Source: Candidatus Moraniibacteriota bacterium
Lineage (GTDB): Bacteria > Patescibacteriota > Minisyncoccia > Moranbacterales > UBA1568
Assembly: GCA_028711705.1 (NCBI GenBank)
Contig: JAQTRS010000001.1
Coordinates: 30,581 to 94,580 of the forward strand
Direction: 5' to 3'
Length of the DNA stretch: 64,000 bases
Shown: positions 46,783 to 57,645 of the stretch, in pieces
Layout: every line of letters begins with the position of its first letter
Numbering within the stretch: the first letter of the stretch is position 1
Translations under genes and position numbers: made by a program
Notes under the pieces: generated by a model
Database searches by the model: none
What the model saw: only the letters and a program-made list of their open reading frames with translations
Told to the model about the DNA's origin: nothing

Positions 46783-47436
46783 ATGATGCACACAACCCAA
46801 CAACGTATCCTCGATGCTGCTAAAAACCATAATCTGGCCAAGATGACGCTGCGCGAAGTGGCGGATGTTATCGGTATGCAAGGGACAGCGCCGCAAACCA
46901 TCAAGCATCATCTGGCGCAGCTTGAGAAGAAAGGATTTCTGAAAATCGACACGCGGAAGGGGAGTATGAAACGATCGACGAAAGTATCGCTGCAATCCGC
47001 CGCATCAAATATCCTGGCGATACCGATCATCGGGACGGCGAATTGCGGACCGGCCGATGTGTTCGCTGAGGAAAATTTCCATGGTTTCCTCCATGTTTCC
47101 GCCCGTCTCGTGCAGCGCGCGCAGGCCTTCGGATTATTCGCGATCAAGGCGGACGGATCATCCATGAATCGTGCGACGATCAAGGGGAAGCGGATAGAGG
47201 ATGGGGACTATATCGTTGTGGACAGCGAGGATAAAAGCGCTTCCAACAACGATATCGTCTTGGTCATCATCGACGGCAAAGCGACGATCAAGCGCTTCAT
47301 CGATGACCGGGCCAACGGACAGATCGTGCTCAAGGCCGATTCCTCCTATGACTACGCTCCGATGTTTTTACATCCGCAGGACGACTTCAGTATCAATGGT
47401 AAGGTGATCGGCGTGATCAAGAAACCAAAGACGTGA
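46783..47436 (+). CDS. lexA: LexA-like S24 repressor
   Basis: N-terminal wHTH (LTLREVADVIGMQGTAPQTIKHHLAQLEKKGFL). The C-terminal S24 domain has the Ser-Lys dyad (ADGSSM ... ATIKRF). Confidence 0.8.
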   Translation: MMHTTQQRILDAAKNHNLAKMTLREVADVIGMQGTAPQTIKHHLAQLEKKGFLKIDTRKGSMKRSTKVSLQSAASNILAIPIIGTANCGPADVFAEENFHGFLHVSARLVQRAQAFGLFAIKADGSSMNRATIKGKRIEDGDYIVVDSEDKSASNNDIVLVIIDGKATIKRFIDDRANGQIVLKADSSYDYAPMFLHPQDDFSINGKVIGVIKKPKT

Positions 47437-47523
47437 AGGCTGCAGTGACCATGTGACATATAAATGAAAAGCGGGCAGTATTGAACTGTCCGCTTCTTGT
47501 TTTTTCAAGCTTTGCCAGAGTTG

Positions 47524-48048
47524 TTAGAGTTTACTTTCGATTTCCACTTGAACACCACTTCGCATGTTTCCAAGTAATCGAAGCATGTCATCATGTGCCG
47601 CTTGAGCGCTTCCGGACTTCATGCCATCGAGCAACAAGGCTATGTTTTCGGATATGTGTCCAAGCTTTCTGCGTGCGAGCGTAAAGAACACTATGATCGC
47701 TTGCTCCGTATTTTTCGTTATCCGCGCGACGCGTCGCCGGATAAGAGCGAGCCTTTTCTTATGATGCTTATGGTGCGATGCATGATGCTTTCCTTTGCGA
47801 AGAAGCACCTCTTTGCGCTTACAGTGGAATGAAAGCCTGAATATTCCTGGATCGAAAGAACTATTGAAATTGCCCAGTAGCTTTTGGATACTTTTGTGGA
47901 TTTCCTGCTCGGCTTCCTCGACATAACATAATGGGATGCTTTGCATGCGATGTTCTATGATGAGCATCTCTTCAGAGAAGTCATCATTGATGCCTATGTG
48001 GTAACATATTTTGACCCTAAGACGGACGTGCGGTTGTACCTTTGGCAT
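47524..48048 (-). CDS. Hypothetical protein with a His/Lys-rich segment (HHASHHKHHKK)
   Basis: ORF convergent with lexA. A longer version runs to 48105. Confidence 0.35.
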   Translation of the reverse strand: MPKVQPHVRLRVKICYHIGINDDFSEEMLIIEHRMQSIPLCYVEEAEQEIHKSIQKLLGNFNSSFDPGIFRLSFHCKRKEVLLRKGKHHASHHKHHKKRLALIRRRVARITKNTEQAIIVFFTLARRKLGHISENIALLLDGMKSGSAQAAHDDMLRLLGNMRSGVQVEIESKL

Positions 48049-48142
48049 AATTGCCTCCTGTATATGTTTGAGACCTATCACATCGATAGGTCTCAAACAT
48101 AGCATATTTCAGTTGAAAAGTCAATGTTTTACGCATAGATCT

Positions 48143-48177
48143 AAAAAAGAATCCAGTATGGCATTCCGTACTGGATT
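48143..48177 (-). terminator. Rho-independent terminator of the SDR gene (AATCCAGTA-loop-TACTGGATT followed by a T-run on the minus strand)
   Basis: Perfect 9-bp inverted repeat and an adjacent A6 run on the plus strand. Confidence 0.6.
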
Positions 48178-48206
48178 ATGAAGGATACACATGGATCGAT
48201 GGCCAG

Positions 48207-48983
48207 CTACAGCAGGAAACCGCCGCCATCGACCACGATATTGCTGCCGGTGACGAAGTCATTTTCTATGACGCAGAGGACCGCCTTGACAATGCTGTCA
48301 TTGCCGCCCTCGTGCCCGAGCGGGACGGTCCGCAAGACATGCTGGTGATGAGTATCGCTTTTCCCGGATGCCTTCAGTATGGCTCCGGGGCTGATGCGTA
48401 CCACGCGGATATTCCGACCGGCGAGCGCGAGCGCGATGGAGGTGCTGGCTTCCGAAAGCGCCGCCTTGGCCATGGCATAGGAGTAGTGATCGGGGTACGG
48501 GCGATTGCCGATACGGGAATCGATGATATTGATAATCACGCCCCCGGTGCCATTGGGTATCGCCTTGACCATCGACTGCATGAGTAGGGATGGGCCGATG
48601 CTCATGATCTTGAGGGTCTGGATGGTTTTCTGCGCGTCGAAGGAGAGGATATCGTCCGTAGGGAATATCGCAGCGCTATTGATGAGGATGCGTACCGGCG
48701 CACCGAAACGTCCGATCGCTTCCGAAACGATTTTTTCGCCGACGTTTTCATCGGCAAGATCCGCTTGGAATGCGAATGCCTCGCCACCGAAATTCCTGAT
48801 AGTCGCGACAGTGCTTTCCGCGCCCTCTTTCGAGGAACTGTAATGCACCAAAACACGCGCCTTACGCATAGCGAGCGCGAGCGCGATCGCATTGCCGATG
48901 CGAGGATTTCCTGTATCATCGACCCTTCCGGCACCGGTTACTATGGCGACTGCGTTGTGAATGTCCATGCTGTTTCTCCACAA
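48207..48983 (-). CDS. SDR-family oxidoreductase (FabI/FabL-like)
   Basis: AIVTGAG...IGNAIALALA Rossmann motif. ~258 aa. Confidence 0.8.
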   Translation of the reverse strand: MWRNSMDIHNAVAIVTGAGRVDDTGNPRIGNAIALALAMRKARVLVHYSSSKEGAESTVATIRNFGGEAFAFQADLADENVGEKIVSEAIGRFGAPVRILINSAAIFPTDDILSFDAQKTIQTLKIMSIGPSLLMQSMVKAIPNGTGGVIINIIDSRIGNRPYPDHYSYAMAKAALSEASTSIALALAGRNIRVVRISPGAILKASGKSDTHHQHVLRTVPLGHEGGNDSIVKAVLCVIENDFVTGSNIVVDGGGFLL

Positions 48984-49106
48984 AGATTAGAGTGATAGGC
49001 TCCCTTTCGGGAGTCGTTCCGAGTATGACAAAGAACCGCTTTCCTCTGTATACTTATTTTCCCGCGCATAACTTTCAGGAGGAGCTCTCTACCTTTCGGT
49101 CGCGCT

Positions 49107-49895
49107 GTGCAAAGGTGGTATAATAGGGCTATGTCCGGATGGATTCGGGCGCATCGGTATATGTATAATAAATCCTTCCGTATGGTTGATAGAATCAAAC
49201 AGGAACTGCGTCGACTCGGTACAAAGGAGCGGGCGATGGCTTCGCAACGATATTTCAAGACGGGCGTCGGACAGTATGGCGAGGGTGATGTGTTCATCGG
49301 ACTTACCATGCCGGAGCAACGGCGTATCGCCAAGCAGCATCTCGGTCTTGGTCTTCCGGATATACGAAAGCTGCTCGAATCAAAAGAGCATGAATTCCGC
49401 ATGGTGGCGCTCCTGATCATGACCTATCAGTACGCCACGGCCTCCGATGCGAAGAGGAAGCGACTGTATGATTTTTATCTGACGCATACCAAATGGATCA
49501 ATAACTGGGATCTGGTGGATGTGACCGCGCACAAAATCGTCGGCGCGTATCTGCAGGACAAGGATCACTCCATCCTCTTGCGACTGGCACGGTCCGAATC
49601 CTTATGGGAACGCCGTATCGCTATCGTGTCGACATTCTCGTTTATCGCCAAAGGTGAATCGAAGACGGCCCTGAGTATCGCGGAGATGCTGTTGCAGGAC
49701 ACTCATGATCTTATTCACAAGGCGGTCGGTTGGATGCTGCGCGAGGTAGGGAAGTGCTGCGGCGAGTCGGTGGAGAAAGGGTTTCTTAAGCTCTACGCGC
49801 CATCGATGCCGCGCACTATGCTTCGCTATGCCATCGAGCGATTCGATGCGGATACCAGGATGCGGTATATGCATATGCATAAGTATGTAATATGA
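49107..49895 (+). CDS. DNA alkylation repair protein (AlkD-like HEAT-repeat glycosylase family)
   Basis: RYFKTGVGQYGEGDVFIGLTMPEQRRIAK and INNWDLVDV motifs of the DNA_alkylation family. Confidence 0.75.
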   Translation: MQRWYNRAMSGWIRAHRYMYNKSFRMVDRIKQELRRLGTKERAMASQRYFKTGVGQYGEGDVFIGLTMPEQRRIAKQHLGLGLPDIRKLLESKEHEFRMVALLIMTYQYATASDAKRKRLYDFYLTHTKWINNWDLVDVTAHKIVGAYLQDKDHSILLRLARSESLWERRIAIVSTFSFIAKGESKTALSIAEMLLQDTHDLIHKAVGWMLREVGKCCGESVEKGFLKLYAPSMPRTMLRYAIERFDADTRMRYMHMHKYVI

Positions 49896-50482
49896 ACCCT
49901 ATGTCGGAAAAATTTCTGCTGCACGTCTGTTGCGCTCCCTGCAGTATCGCGGTGATCGATGAATTACGCACACAGTACGATCTTTCTATTTTGTTTTTCA
50001 ATCCGAATATCCACCCAAAAGAGGAATACCTGCGGCGTAAGCACGAGGTCATCCGTATCTGTAAGGAATGGGATATCCCGATGCTCGATCAGGATTATAG
50101 TACCGAAGAATGGGATTTCGCGACGAAAGGACTGGAGGAGCAGCCCGAAGGCGGGTTCCGGTGCAACGCCTGCTTTCGCGTGAGGCTATCTTGGACGGCC
50201 CAGGTGGCTGCAGAAGGAGGGTTTTCGCGCTTCGGTTCGACACTCACCACCGGGCGCTACAAGAAGGCGGCCATTATCAATCCTATCGGTGAAGCGGCGG
50301 CCAATCGTTTCGGCAGTCGATTCCATGCCGAGGACTGGAAGAAAAAAGGTCGTGAGGCGCTCTCACGGAGGATGGTCAAAGATCGCGCTATGTATGAACA
50401 AAACTATTGCGGATGCCGGTATTCGCTGCGGGATATGCACAGGCGCGAGGAACGGAAAAAAGCCCTGCAAAAAGAGGCCTGA
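49892..50482 (+). CDS. queH: Epoxyqueuosine reductase QueH
   Basis: LLHVCCAPCS ... RCNACF, a Cys motif typical of DUF208/QueH. Confidence 0.85.
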   Translation: MNPMSEKFLLHVCCAPCSIAVIDELRTQYDLSILFFNPNIHPKEEYLRRKHEVIRICKEWDIPMLDQDYSTEEWDFATKGLEEQPEGGFRCNACFRVRLSWTAQVAAEGGFSRFGSTLTTGRYKKAAIINPIGEAAANRFGSRFHAEDWKKKGREALSRRMVKDRAMYEQNYCGCRYSLRDMHRREERKKALQKEA

Positions 50483-50645
50483 TAACTCATTTTAAGGCTT
50501 TATTGTGCCACACTCTGCCACTAACCATTGACAGAGTGTTTAAAATATGCTAGGATGAGCGGTTGATTTGAAATGAGGTGATCGAATATCTCTTCATGCC
50601 TGTCAGCATTCCATCTTTAAAACACAACAAGAAAAGGGGATTACG

Positions 50646-50951
50646 ATGACACTGTTCATATCTGAAGTAGAAGCAAGATTACAAGAAGAGGCAGCTGGAA
50701 GAAAATCAGGAAAAGGAAGGCACCAAACGAGGACTCCCGGAAAAACCCCCCTTGTGACTTGGGGCTTACCGGTGCAGCAATTGAAAGAATATGTTGCAAA
50801 AAGGCCTGCGGCGGCTACTAAGACAGTAAGGATCATGAATACCGAAGACACTTTTCAGCAAAGTCATAAAGGGCGCGGTGCCGGTCTGCGTTTGAGAAAT
50901 AATGTTAAATCTTGGTATAATAATTATTCTGATTGTAAGAATCACTTATAA
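50646..50951 (+). CDS. Small basic hypothetical protein (101 aa)
   Basis: AAAGGGG Shine-Dalgarno 7 nt upstream. TTGACA-N17-TAGGAT at about 50543-50571. Confidence 0.4.
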   Translation: MTLFISEVEARLQEEAAGRKSGKGRHQTRTPGKTPLVTWGLPVQQLKEYVAKRPAAATKTVRIMNTEDTFQQSHKGRGAGLRLRNNVKSWYNNYSDCKNHL

Positions 50952-51118
50952 TATAAGTGGTCAAAAAGCTTCGATGAATCCACAGGATTCGGCGGAGCTT
51001 TTTTAATATTTTTTCCGTACTGAAATTGAAGGCCGTGACTGGTGTATACTGTAAAGAGAGGGCGCTCTCGCTACGATGTTTAGATTGTTTGGCATAAATA
51101 AGATCAAGAAAGGGTACA

Positions 51119-51859
51119 ATGAAACAGATAAAGCATACGTACATGGAATACATACTTCACAAAGCAGAAAATCGCGGGCGAGCGGAACACAGCTGGCTTC
51201 ATACCAGGTTCAGTTTCAGTTTCGCAGAGTGGTACGATCCGGATCGCATGGGCTTCGGAACGCTGCGGGTGATCAACGATGACGTAATCGATCCTGACTC
51301 CGGTTTCGACTTGCATCCGCACAGCAATATGGAAATTATCACGATCGTCATGGAAGGCGCCGTGACGCATGGGGATAGCATGGGCAATCAGGAAGTGGTT
51401 CCGGCCGGAGATGTGCAGGTGATGTCTGCAGGCACGGGCGTGGTCCATTCGGAGCGCAATACATCCCTGGACGAGACGCTCAAACTTTTCCAGATATGGA
51501 TTCATCCGAAAGTTCGCAATGTCGTGCCACGCTATGGTCAGAAATCATTCGGGGTCGATTGGAAACCCAATGTTTTGCGGTTGCTCGTATCGCCAGATGG
51601 ACGCGAGGACTCGCTTTCGATACATCAGGACGCCTTCATATCGAAAGGCTCTCTTGAGGCAGAGCAAACGCACATATACATGCTCCGCGATGCGCGCAAG
51701 AACGGCGTCTATGTGTTCGTAGTCGATGGCAGCGTGACGGTGAACGATCATCATCTGACAAAGCGGGATGCTCTGGGTATTACTGGTGCGGATGTGATCG
51801 CTTTTGTGGCCGATCAACATTCCCGCTATCTGGTGTTTGAGGTGCCCATGGCAGTATGA
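51119..51859 (+). CDS. Pirin-family cupin protein
   Basis: HPHSNMEIITIVMEGAVTHGDSMGN...GDVQVMSAGTGVVHSE. Confidence 0.85.
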   Translation: MKQIKHTYMEYILHKAENRGRAEHSWLHTRFSFSFAEWYDPDRMGFGTLRVINDDVIDPDSGFDLHPHSNMEIITIVMEGAVTHGDSMGNQEVVPAGDVQVMSAGTGVVHSERNTSLDETLKLFQIWIHPKVRNVVPRYGQKSFGVDWKPNVLRLLVSPDGREDSLSIHQDAFISKGSLEAEQTHIYMLRDARKNGVYVFVVDGSVTVNDHHLTKRDALGITGADVIAFVADQHSRYLVFEVPMAV

Positions 51860-51896
51860 TTGACTTTTTGGCTTTCTTTGGCTATACTGAGTCCAT

Positions 51897-52451
51897 ATGA
51901 AACAACGGAAAATATTTTTAGGCGTGTCGATCCCCAAAGATGTCTCGAAGCGATTGGCAAGGAAAATGGAGCGATGGCAACATCTTCCATTCCGCTTTAC
52001 CAAAGAGGGCAATATGCATATCACATTGCTTTTTTTGGGGCATGTGCTTGACGAATCGGTAGCCAAGATATGTATGCAGGTGGAAGAGGTGTGCCGGAAC
52101 ATACACGCGTTCGATGTGGATCTTAACACGATCACTCTGGTGCCGGAGCAGGGAAGGGAAGCCAAGCAGCTTTGGTATATGGGCGAAGCCAATGAGGAAT
52201 TGAAGCAGCTCCGCATGGCGCTCGAACAGGAACTGGGTATGTTCAGTGTGGAGAAAAAAGTCTTCCGTCCGCATGTGACCTTGGGCCGCGCAAGGCAACA
52301 CCTCTGGCAGGAACTTTCAGAAATACCGGAAATGAAGGACAGCCTCTCAGTATTTTTACCGGTCGACAGCGTCATTGTCTATGAAAGCGTCTTTCAGAAA
52401 GGGGAGGGGCTGGCCTATGAAGTCTTGGCCGAATGCCCTCTTGTGTATTAG
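51897..52451 (+). CDS. thpR: RNA 2',3'-cyclic phosphodiesterase (2H family, ThpR/LigT)
   Basis: Two H-x-T/S-x motifs (HITLLFLG and HVTLGR). Confidence 0.8.
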   Translation: MKQRKIFLGVSIPKDVSKRLARKMERWQHLPFRFTKEGNMHITLLFLGHVLDESVAKICMQVEEVCRNIHAFDVDLNTITLVPEQGREAKQLWYMGEANEELKQLRMALEQELGMFSVEKKVFRPHVTLGRARQHLWQELSEIPEMKDSLSVFLPVDSVIVYESVFQKGEGLAYEVLAECPLVY

Positions 52452-52454
52452 CTT

Positions 52455-53192
52455 ATGGTTCAAAATAGTTTTATTTTCAATACCCGCGTCGATAATCTTA
52501 AGAAGCAGGATATTTTCCGTATTATAGATGATTCTCTGCAAAGCGATTCCTTTCATCAGATAGCCACAATCAATCCGGAATTCCTTTTGCTGGCTCGGAA
52601 AAACAGCGCGTTCCGAGACATCCTCAACGGCTGCGATCTTAATGTGTCCGATGGCGTCGGGGTGCATGTCGCGTTTTGGAGGCAAGGAGAGAGGCTTTGG
52701 GCGCGTATGGCGGGTGCGGATTTGATGGCATATATTTTGCAGCAAGCTCAAGAGAAGCATCTCAGCGTGATGTGTATCATACGAAAAGACGGCTTGAGCA
52801 TCTGGAAAGATATCCGGCGCGCCCTGAAGAAATTCTATCCAACGCTGCACGTCGAAGGTATGGATATCGGGCACGCCATGTCGATAGACATGCTTCGTGC
52901 GGAAACGCAGCAGCGTATAAGCGGGTCCAATATACTCCTGTGCAATTTTGGTGTCCCATATCAGGAAGTATTTTTGGCGGGATTGCGAAAGAATCAGAGC
53001 GCTATCCGTGTGGCGATGGGCGTGGGCGGCAGCTTCGATTTCCTAACAGGCAAATTAAAACGCGCTCCGAAGTGGATGCGCGATACGGGTCTTGAATGGC
53101 TCTGGAGACTGCTTCTGCAACCCAAGCGTTTCAAGCGAATCTGGAAGGCGGTTGTTATTTTTCCTTTGAGAGTGATTCTTAGAATAAAATAA
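52455..53192 (+). CDS. WecB/TagA/CpsF-family glycosyltransferase
   Basis: LLCNFGVPYQEVFL ... WRLLLQPKRFKRIW, the family C-terminal signature. Confidence 0.8.
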   Translation: MVQNSFIFNTRVDNLKKQDIFRIIDDSLQSDSFHQIATINPEFLLLARKNSAFRDILNGCDLNVSDGVGVHVAFWRQGERLWARMAGADLMAYILQQAQEKHLSVMCIIRKDGLSIWKDIRRALKKFYPTLHVEGMDIGHAMSIDMLRAETQQRISGSNILLCNFGVPYQEVFLAGLRKNQSAIRVAMGVGGSFDFLTGKLKRAPKWMRDTGLEWLWRLLLQPKRFKRIWKAVVIFPLRVILRIK

Positions 53193-53247
53193 GACCCTGG
53201 CTACAATATTGCAGTAACCAGGGATTTTACTCTATTTAAGTAAGCTT

Positions 53248-53721
53248 TTAATTCTGTTTTCCGCCTACTTCTTGATTTGCTAGGCGGAAATATTTTAAAA
53301 CATTTTCCGTGTAATCATCCTGATCTTTATAATGTGAGACAAAAAATGTCTGGCTATCTACAAAACTACTCACATTTGTGCACATTATCTTCGTATCAGA
53401 ATACATTGTTGTCCGATCACCCGCATGCATGACGCAAGTAATTTTCGATTTTTGGTCAAGTGAAGGTGCTAATTCAAAATTATCATTTTCGAAAGCGTCC
53501 ATGAAATCTGTAAAGCTTTTTCCAGGAAGACCAACCACTTTGATAGATGTTTCACTATTTGAAAGAAAAAAACTCACCTGATGGATTTGGTGGTAGTCGA
53601 TGTTTTTAAATGTTGCTCTCGCTGCAAGCCAGATGAACATAACAAGGGAAGTGGAGAGGACCCACACTATTATCCAGAGCATTTTTTCTTGGGATGTACT
53701 TTGATTTTGGCTCATGACCAT
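53248..53721 (-). CDS. Membrane-anchored hypothetical protein (157 aa)
   Basis: ORF with an N-terminal TM segment. No motif. Confidence 0.4.
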   Translation of the reverse strand: MVMSQNQSTSQEKMLWIIVWVLSTSLVMFIWLAARATFKNIDYHQIHQVSFFLSNSETSIKVVGLPGKSFTDFMDAFENDNFELAPSLDQKSKITCVMHAGDRTTMYSDTKIMCTNVSSFVDSQTFFVSHYKDQDDYTENVLKYFRLANQEVGGKQN

Positions 53722-53883
53722 TTCCTCCAGAGGAAAGTGTTATTGAAAAATTAAGGAACTGTTTTTCCGAAAGACATCGCTGTATCTTCGGATGCTCCAT
53801 AATAGCATATCCACATAATATTGTCAAGACTTCCCAGAATGCTGAAAAAAAGCTAAACTAAGGGTAATTAATATATACATCGT

Positions 53884-55464
53884 ATGATTTCTTCCTCAAA
53901 TATCCGTGTCCGTTTCGCCCCATCACCGACAGGCTATGTCCATATCGGCAGCCTTCGCACCGCTTTGTACAACTATCTCTTCGCTAAAAAGCAGGGTGGC
54001 GAGTATTTATTGCGTCTCGAAGACACCGATAAGAAGCGTTTTGTCTCAGGTGCCACTGAGAACCTTCTGTCCGTTTTGGAAACGATGGGTCTTTTGCATA
54101 GCGAAGGACCCTTTATCAGTCAGCAATTAACAGTCAACAGCCTGCCCGAATCGCCACGCGAAACGTTGCGGGCGGGTCAACAGCAAACTATCGAGTCAGT
54201 GAAGTATCCTGGTATCGTAGAGGTTGGCGACTACGGCCCGTATATCCAGTCGGAGCGATTGGAACTCTATCGGAAATACGCTCAGGAATTGATCGATAGC
54301 AAGAAAGCGTACTACTGTTTCTGTTCACCTGAAAGACTCGACGCGATGCGCAAAGAACAGATGACGAATAAGCAGATGCCGAAATATGATCGTTTGTGTT
54401 GCCAGCTTTCTTCCGAGGAAATCCAAAAAAATCTCGATGCCAAACTTCCCGATACCACTATCCGTTTTAAGTTGCCCGACAATGAAACCGTGTGGTTTAC
54501 TGATATGGTTCGCGGAGAGGTTTCTTTCAATACCGCTTCTATGGCAGATGCTGTACTTCTTAAGTCAGACGGTTATCCGACGTATCATTTGGCGATGGCG
54601 GTTGATGATCACTTTATGCGCATCAGTCATGTGATACGTTCCGAAGAATGGCTTCCAAGCCTACCGCTGCATGTGCTCCTGTATCGCGCTTTCGGTTGGG
54701 ATGCGCCGCAGTTCGCGCATCTCCCCCTCATTATCAATGCTGACAAAAGCAAGCTTTCAAAACGACAAGGTGATGTGGCAGTAGAAGATTATCTGAAGAA
54801 AGGCTACCTTAAAGAAGCTTTGATAAACTTTGTTGCCATGCTTGGCTGGAATCCGGGCGAAGGCAGTATGCAGGAACTCTTCTCAATGGATGAATTGATC
54901 GAGAAATTCGATTTCGAACATGTCCACAAGGCCGGCGCGGTCTTTGATATGAAAAAACTCGATTGGATCAATGCACAGTATATCAAAAGACTTTCTGTGG
55001 ACGAACTCTATGAAAAATCCCTTCCATTTTGGCAGGAAAAAGATTTTTATAAAGCCGCAAAACCGGAGCAGCAATCAGAAGAATACCTGAAAAAGGTACT
55101 CTTTATCGAGCGCGACCGCTTGAATCGCCTGGACGCAGTGGGGGAGAGTAACGCATTCTTCTTTATCGATACCCTCGAGTACGACAAAGAGCTGCTCCGA
55201 TGGAAGAAAAACACTGATGACGAGATTATCACCGCTCTTACGAAAGCTCAGGAAGTTCTGACGGCCCTCGATGAGCAGGATTGGACGCAGGATAACTTGT
55301 CGGAAAAACTTATGGCAGCGGCAGGGGAGAAGAGAGGGGATCTGCTCTGGCCGCTCCGTGTCGCCCTGACCGGCGCCAAGCAATCGCCATCCCCTTTCGA
55401 AGTCGCTTTCGTGCTCGGAAAAATTGAGTCATTGAAGCGGATAGGAAAAGCGCTCTCAAAGTAG
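53884..55464 (+). CDS. gltX: Glutamyl-tRNA synthetase
   Basis: IRVRFAPSPTGYVHIGSLRTALYNYLFAKK (HIGH region) and KLSKRQG (KMSKS). Confidence 0.92.
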   Translation: MISSSNIRVRFAPSPTGYVHIGSLRTALYNYLFAKKQGGEYLLRLEDTDKKRFVSGATENLLSVLETMGLLHSEGPFISQQLTVNSLPESPRETLRAGQQQTIESVKYPGIVEVGDYGPYIQSERLELYRKYAQELIDSKKAYYCFCSPERLDAMRKEQMTNKQMPKYDRLCCQLSSEEIQKNLDAKLPDTTIRFKLPDNETVWFTDMVRGEVSFNTASMADAVLLKSDGYPTYHLAMAVDDHFMRISHVIRSEEWLPSLPLHVLLYRAFGWDAPQFAHLPLIINADKSKLSKRQGDVAVEDYLKKGYLKEALINFVAMLGWNPGEGSMQELFSMDELIEKFDFEHVHKAGAVFDMKKLDWINAQYIKRLSVDELYEKSLPFWQEKDFYKAAKPEQQSEEYLKKVLFIERDRLNRLDAVGESNAFFFIDTLEYDKELLRWKKNTDDEIITALTKAQEVLTALDEQDWTQDNLSEKLMAAAGEKRGDLLWPLRVALTGAKQSPSPFEVAFVLGKIESLKRIGKALSK

Positions 55465-55524
55465 GCGACCGTTTCCTCTTTTGTTGATTTTGAGCTATAC
55501 TGGGAATGTGGAAAAACTTTCTTT

Positions 55525-56796
55525 ATGGATCAGACGATGGATCAAAAACACAATAAACGAAGCCATTTGCATCCGTTGTACTCGAAACTCGCCAAGAGCT
55601 TGTTTCTTGGCGCGTTCATCGCCGGTTACTGCGCATACCCGGCATCCCTCGTTATCGCTGCCGACAGCGCGAATTCTTTACAGGATGAGCTTGATGCGAT
55701 TAACAACAAGATCAAATCATACAACAGCCTCGTCAATCAGACCCAGCAGCAGCGTGTGATGCTTGCCAATGAAATCAAGATACTCGAGGCGAATGCCGCC
55801 GCGCTGGAGAAAAAAATCAGTGACAATACCCAGCAGATCCAAAGTCTTGATAGCGAAATAACCGGGATACGCAGTAAAATAGACGAAAAAGAAAGGATCA
55901 TCATAGCGCAGAAAGACCTGCTCAAACAGCTGATGCGCTCATATTACGAAAATACCGAGCGCACGAAGATTCAATTGCTCCTTTCGACGCAGGAATCGAA
56001 TCAGCTGCTCGATCAGAACGATTGGACGGTTGAGACCGGGGACAAAATAAAGGAACTCCTTGCAGATATGCAGTCCACGAAAGCCGGCCTTGCCACGCAG
56101 CATGACAGCCTGCAGGATAAGAAGCAGCAGGCCGACGCCTTACGCGCGCAGCTTGAGCGACGATCTGGATATCTGGAAACCACTAAGCAATCCAAAGAAT
56201 CTTTGGTGGTAAAGACTCAGGTACAGGAAAAGAAATACAACAATATCATCGACGATCTCGAGGAAAAGCGAAACGAGATCGAAGATGAAATCAATCAGTT
56301 GGAAGCTGCCAAGACGAGCAATCTTGACCTCAGCAAGCTTCCTGCATTCCGGAAAAGCACGCTGTATTTTCCGGTTGCGAATCCCCACAAGAGCCAAGGC
56401 TATGGCAAGGCTACATGGACAAAGCAGTACTCATTCCACAATGGTATAGACTTTTCCGACAGTACAGGTACGCCGATCATCGCAGCAGGGGATGGTAAGG
56501 TTTTGGCGACTGGAAATAACGGTAAGTATGCCTATGGAAAATGGATCGCCATCGATCACGGCAACGGATTGGTGACTATGTATGGCCACTTAAGCGTGCA
56601 GAAGGTCTCGAAGGGGGAGAGCGTTAAAAGGGGAGGTGTTATCGGGCTGATGGGTAATACGGGATTTTCGACCGGGCCCCATGTCCACTTCAGTGTCTTC
56701 GCCAAAAATTCATTCGACATAGTCCCCTCCACCAAAGTTTCTGGATTGATGCTGCCTACCGGCGCTCACGTCAATCCGGCGAACTACCTTCCTTGA
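55525..56796 (+). CDS. M23-family peptidoglycan metalloendopeptidase with an N-terminal coiled coil (EnvC-like)
   Basis: Long coiled coil, then HNGIDFSDSTGTPIIAAGDG ... GNTGFSTGPHVHF. Confidence 0.85.
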   Translation: MDQTMDQKHNKRSHLHPLYSKLAKSLFLGAFIAGYCAYPASLVIAADSANSLQDELDAINNKIKSYNSLVNQTQQQRVMLANEIKILEANAAALEKKISDNTQQIQSLDSEITGIRSKIDEKERIIIAQKDLLKQLMRSYYENTERTKIQLLLSTQESNQLLDQNDWTVETGDKIKELLADMQSTKAGLATQHDSLQDKKQQADALRAQLERRSGYLETTKQSKESLVVKTQVQEKKYNNIIDDLEEKRNEIEDEINQLEAAKTSNLDLSKLPAFRKSTLYFPVANPHKSQGYGKATWTKQYSFHNGIDFSDSTGTPIIAAGDGKVLATGNNGKYAYGKWIAIDHGNGLVTMYGHLSVQKVSKGESVKRGGVIGLMGNTGFSTGPHVHFSVFAKNSFDIVPSTKVSGLMLPTGAHVNPANYLP

Positions 56797-57560
56797 TCTT
56801 TATAGATAGACGCGCACCCCGTCCTATCGCTCGTATTGTGCGCTGTGACGAATATTTGATGCCACGGATGTATGCGAAAGTCTATCGATACTTTTTCACG
56901 TCTTCATTTGCAAAATAACGGGCACGTTTGTGGAAATTATCGGCTCGTAATGACCGAATTTCGGCCAAAAACACCATCATTTTGACACTCTATTTAAGGC
57001 TTATATAAACCATAAAATGACGCTCAAAATTGACCTGTGCGGGGTTTTTCTTCCGAAATGGTACACGTATACCACCAAAATAGGCTCAAATGAGGGAGTG
57101 CTGCGAGAAACGGGGATTATTGGAAAATGGAAGAGTGTATCTCGTGTACAAGATAAGGATTGGGGGTATGAGATAAACGCCGCATGTCGGGGTAAGGAAA
57201 CGTTCCTGCGAATCCGTGTGTTGTTTGCCGTATGTAATATCTGTAAACTACAATCAGATTGAAAATTGATGCACTTGTACTTATGTGTGTAAAAAACGCG
57301 TCTGAGAGGAAAGTGCTAGCAGGTGATGTCTATTGGTATGCTATCTGTATGAGAATTTATATGGACCACGTATAGAGGTCGATACATTTTTCATATCTGA
57401 ATGTGTTTATGTCGCATAAGTTACATTATGCGACATTGTACATACCGCTTGAAATAAGGTATTTCTATCAATTTGTCTCACTTCAGTATCTTCTGCGATA
57501 TACGTAGCTTCTCATTCAGCAAAACCCACTCCTCTTCCCCTTAACCGGTCCGATTACAAA

Positions 57561-57610
57561 TGTAAAAGCCGTACAAAAAGAAATTCATTGAAATTCTTTT
57601 CGCACGGCTT
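57561..57610 (-). terminator. Terminator hairpin downstream of the GGDEF-like gene (AAAGCCGTGCG...GTACGGCTTT)
   Basis: Imperfect ~9-bp stem read on the minus strand. Confidence 0.4.
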
Positions 57611-57645
57611 TATATTCGTTTATGCTTCCGGCATTTTCTCAGCCT

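Noticed and set aside
57017-57262. 81-aa ORF in the long intergenic gap
   Set aside because: No RBS. Odd composition. The surrounding region looks non-coding.
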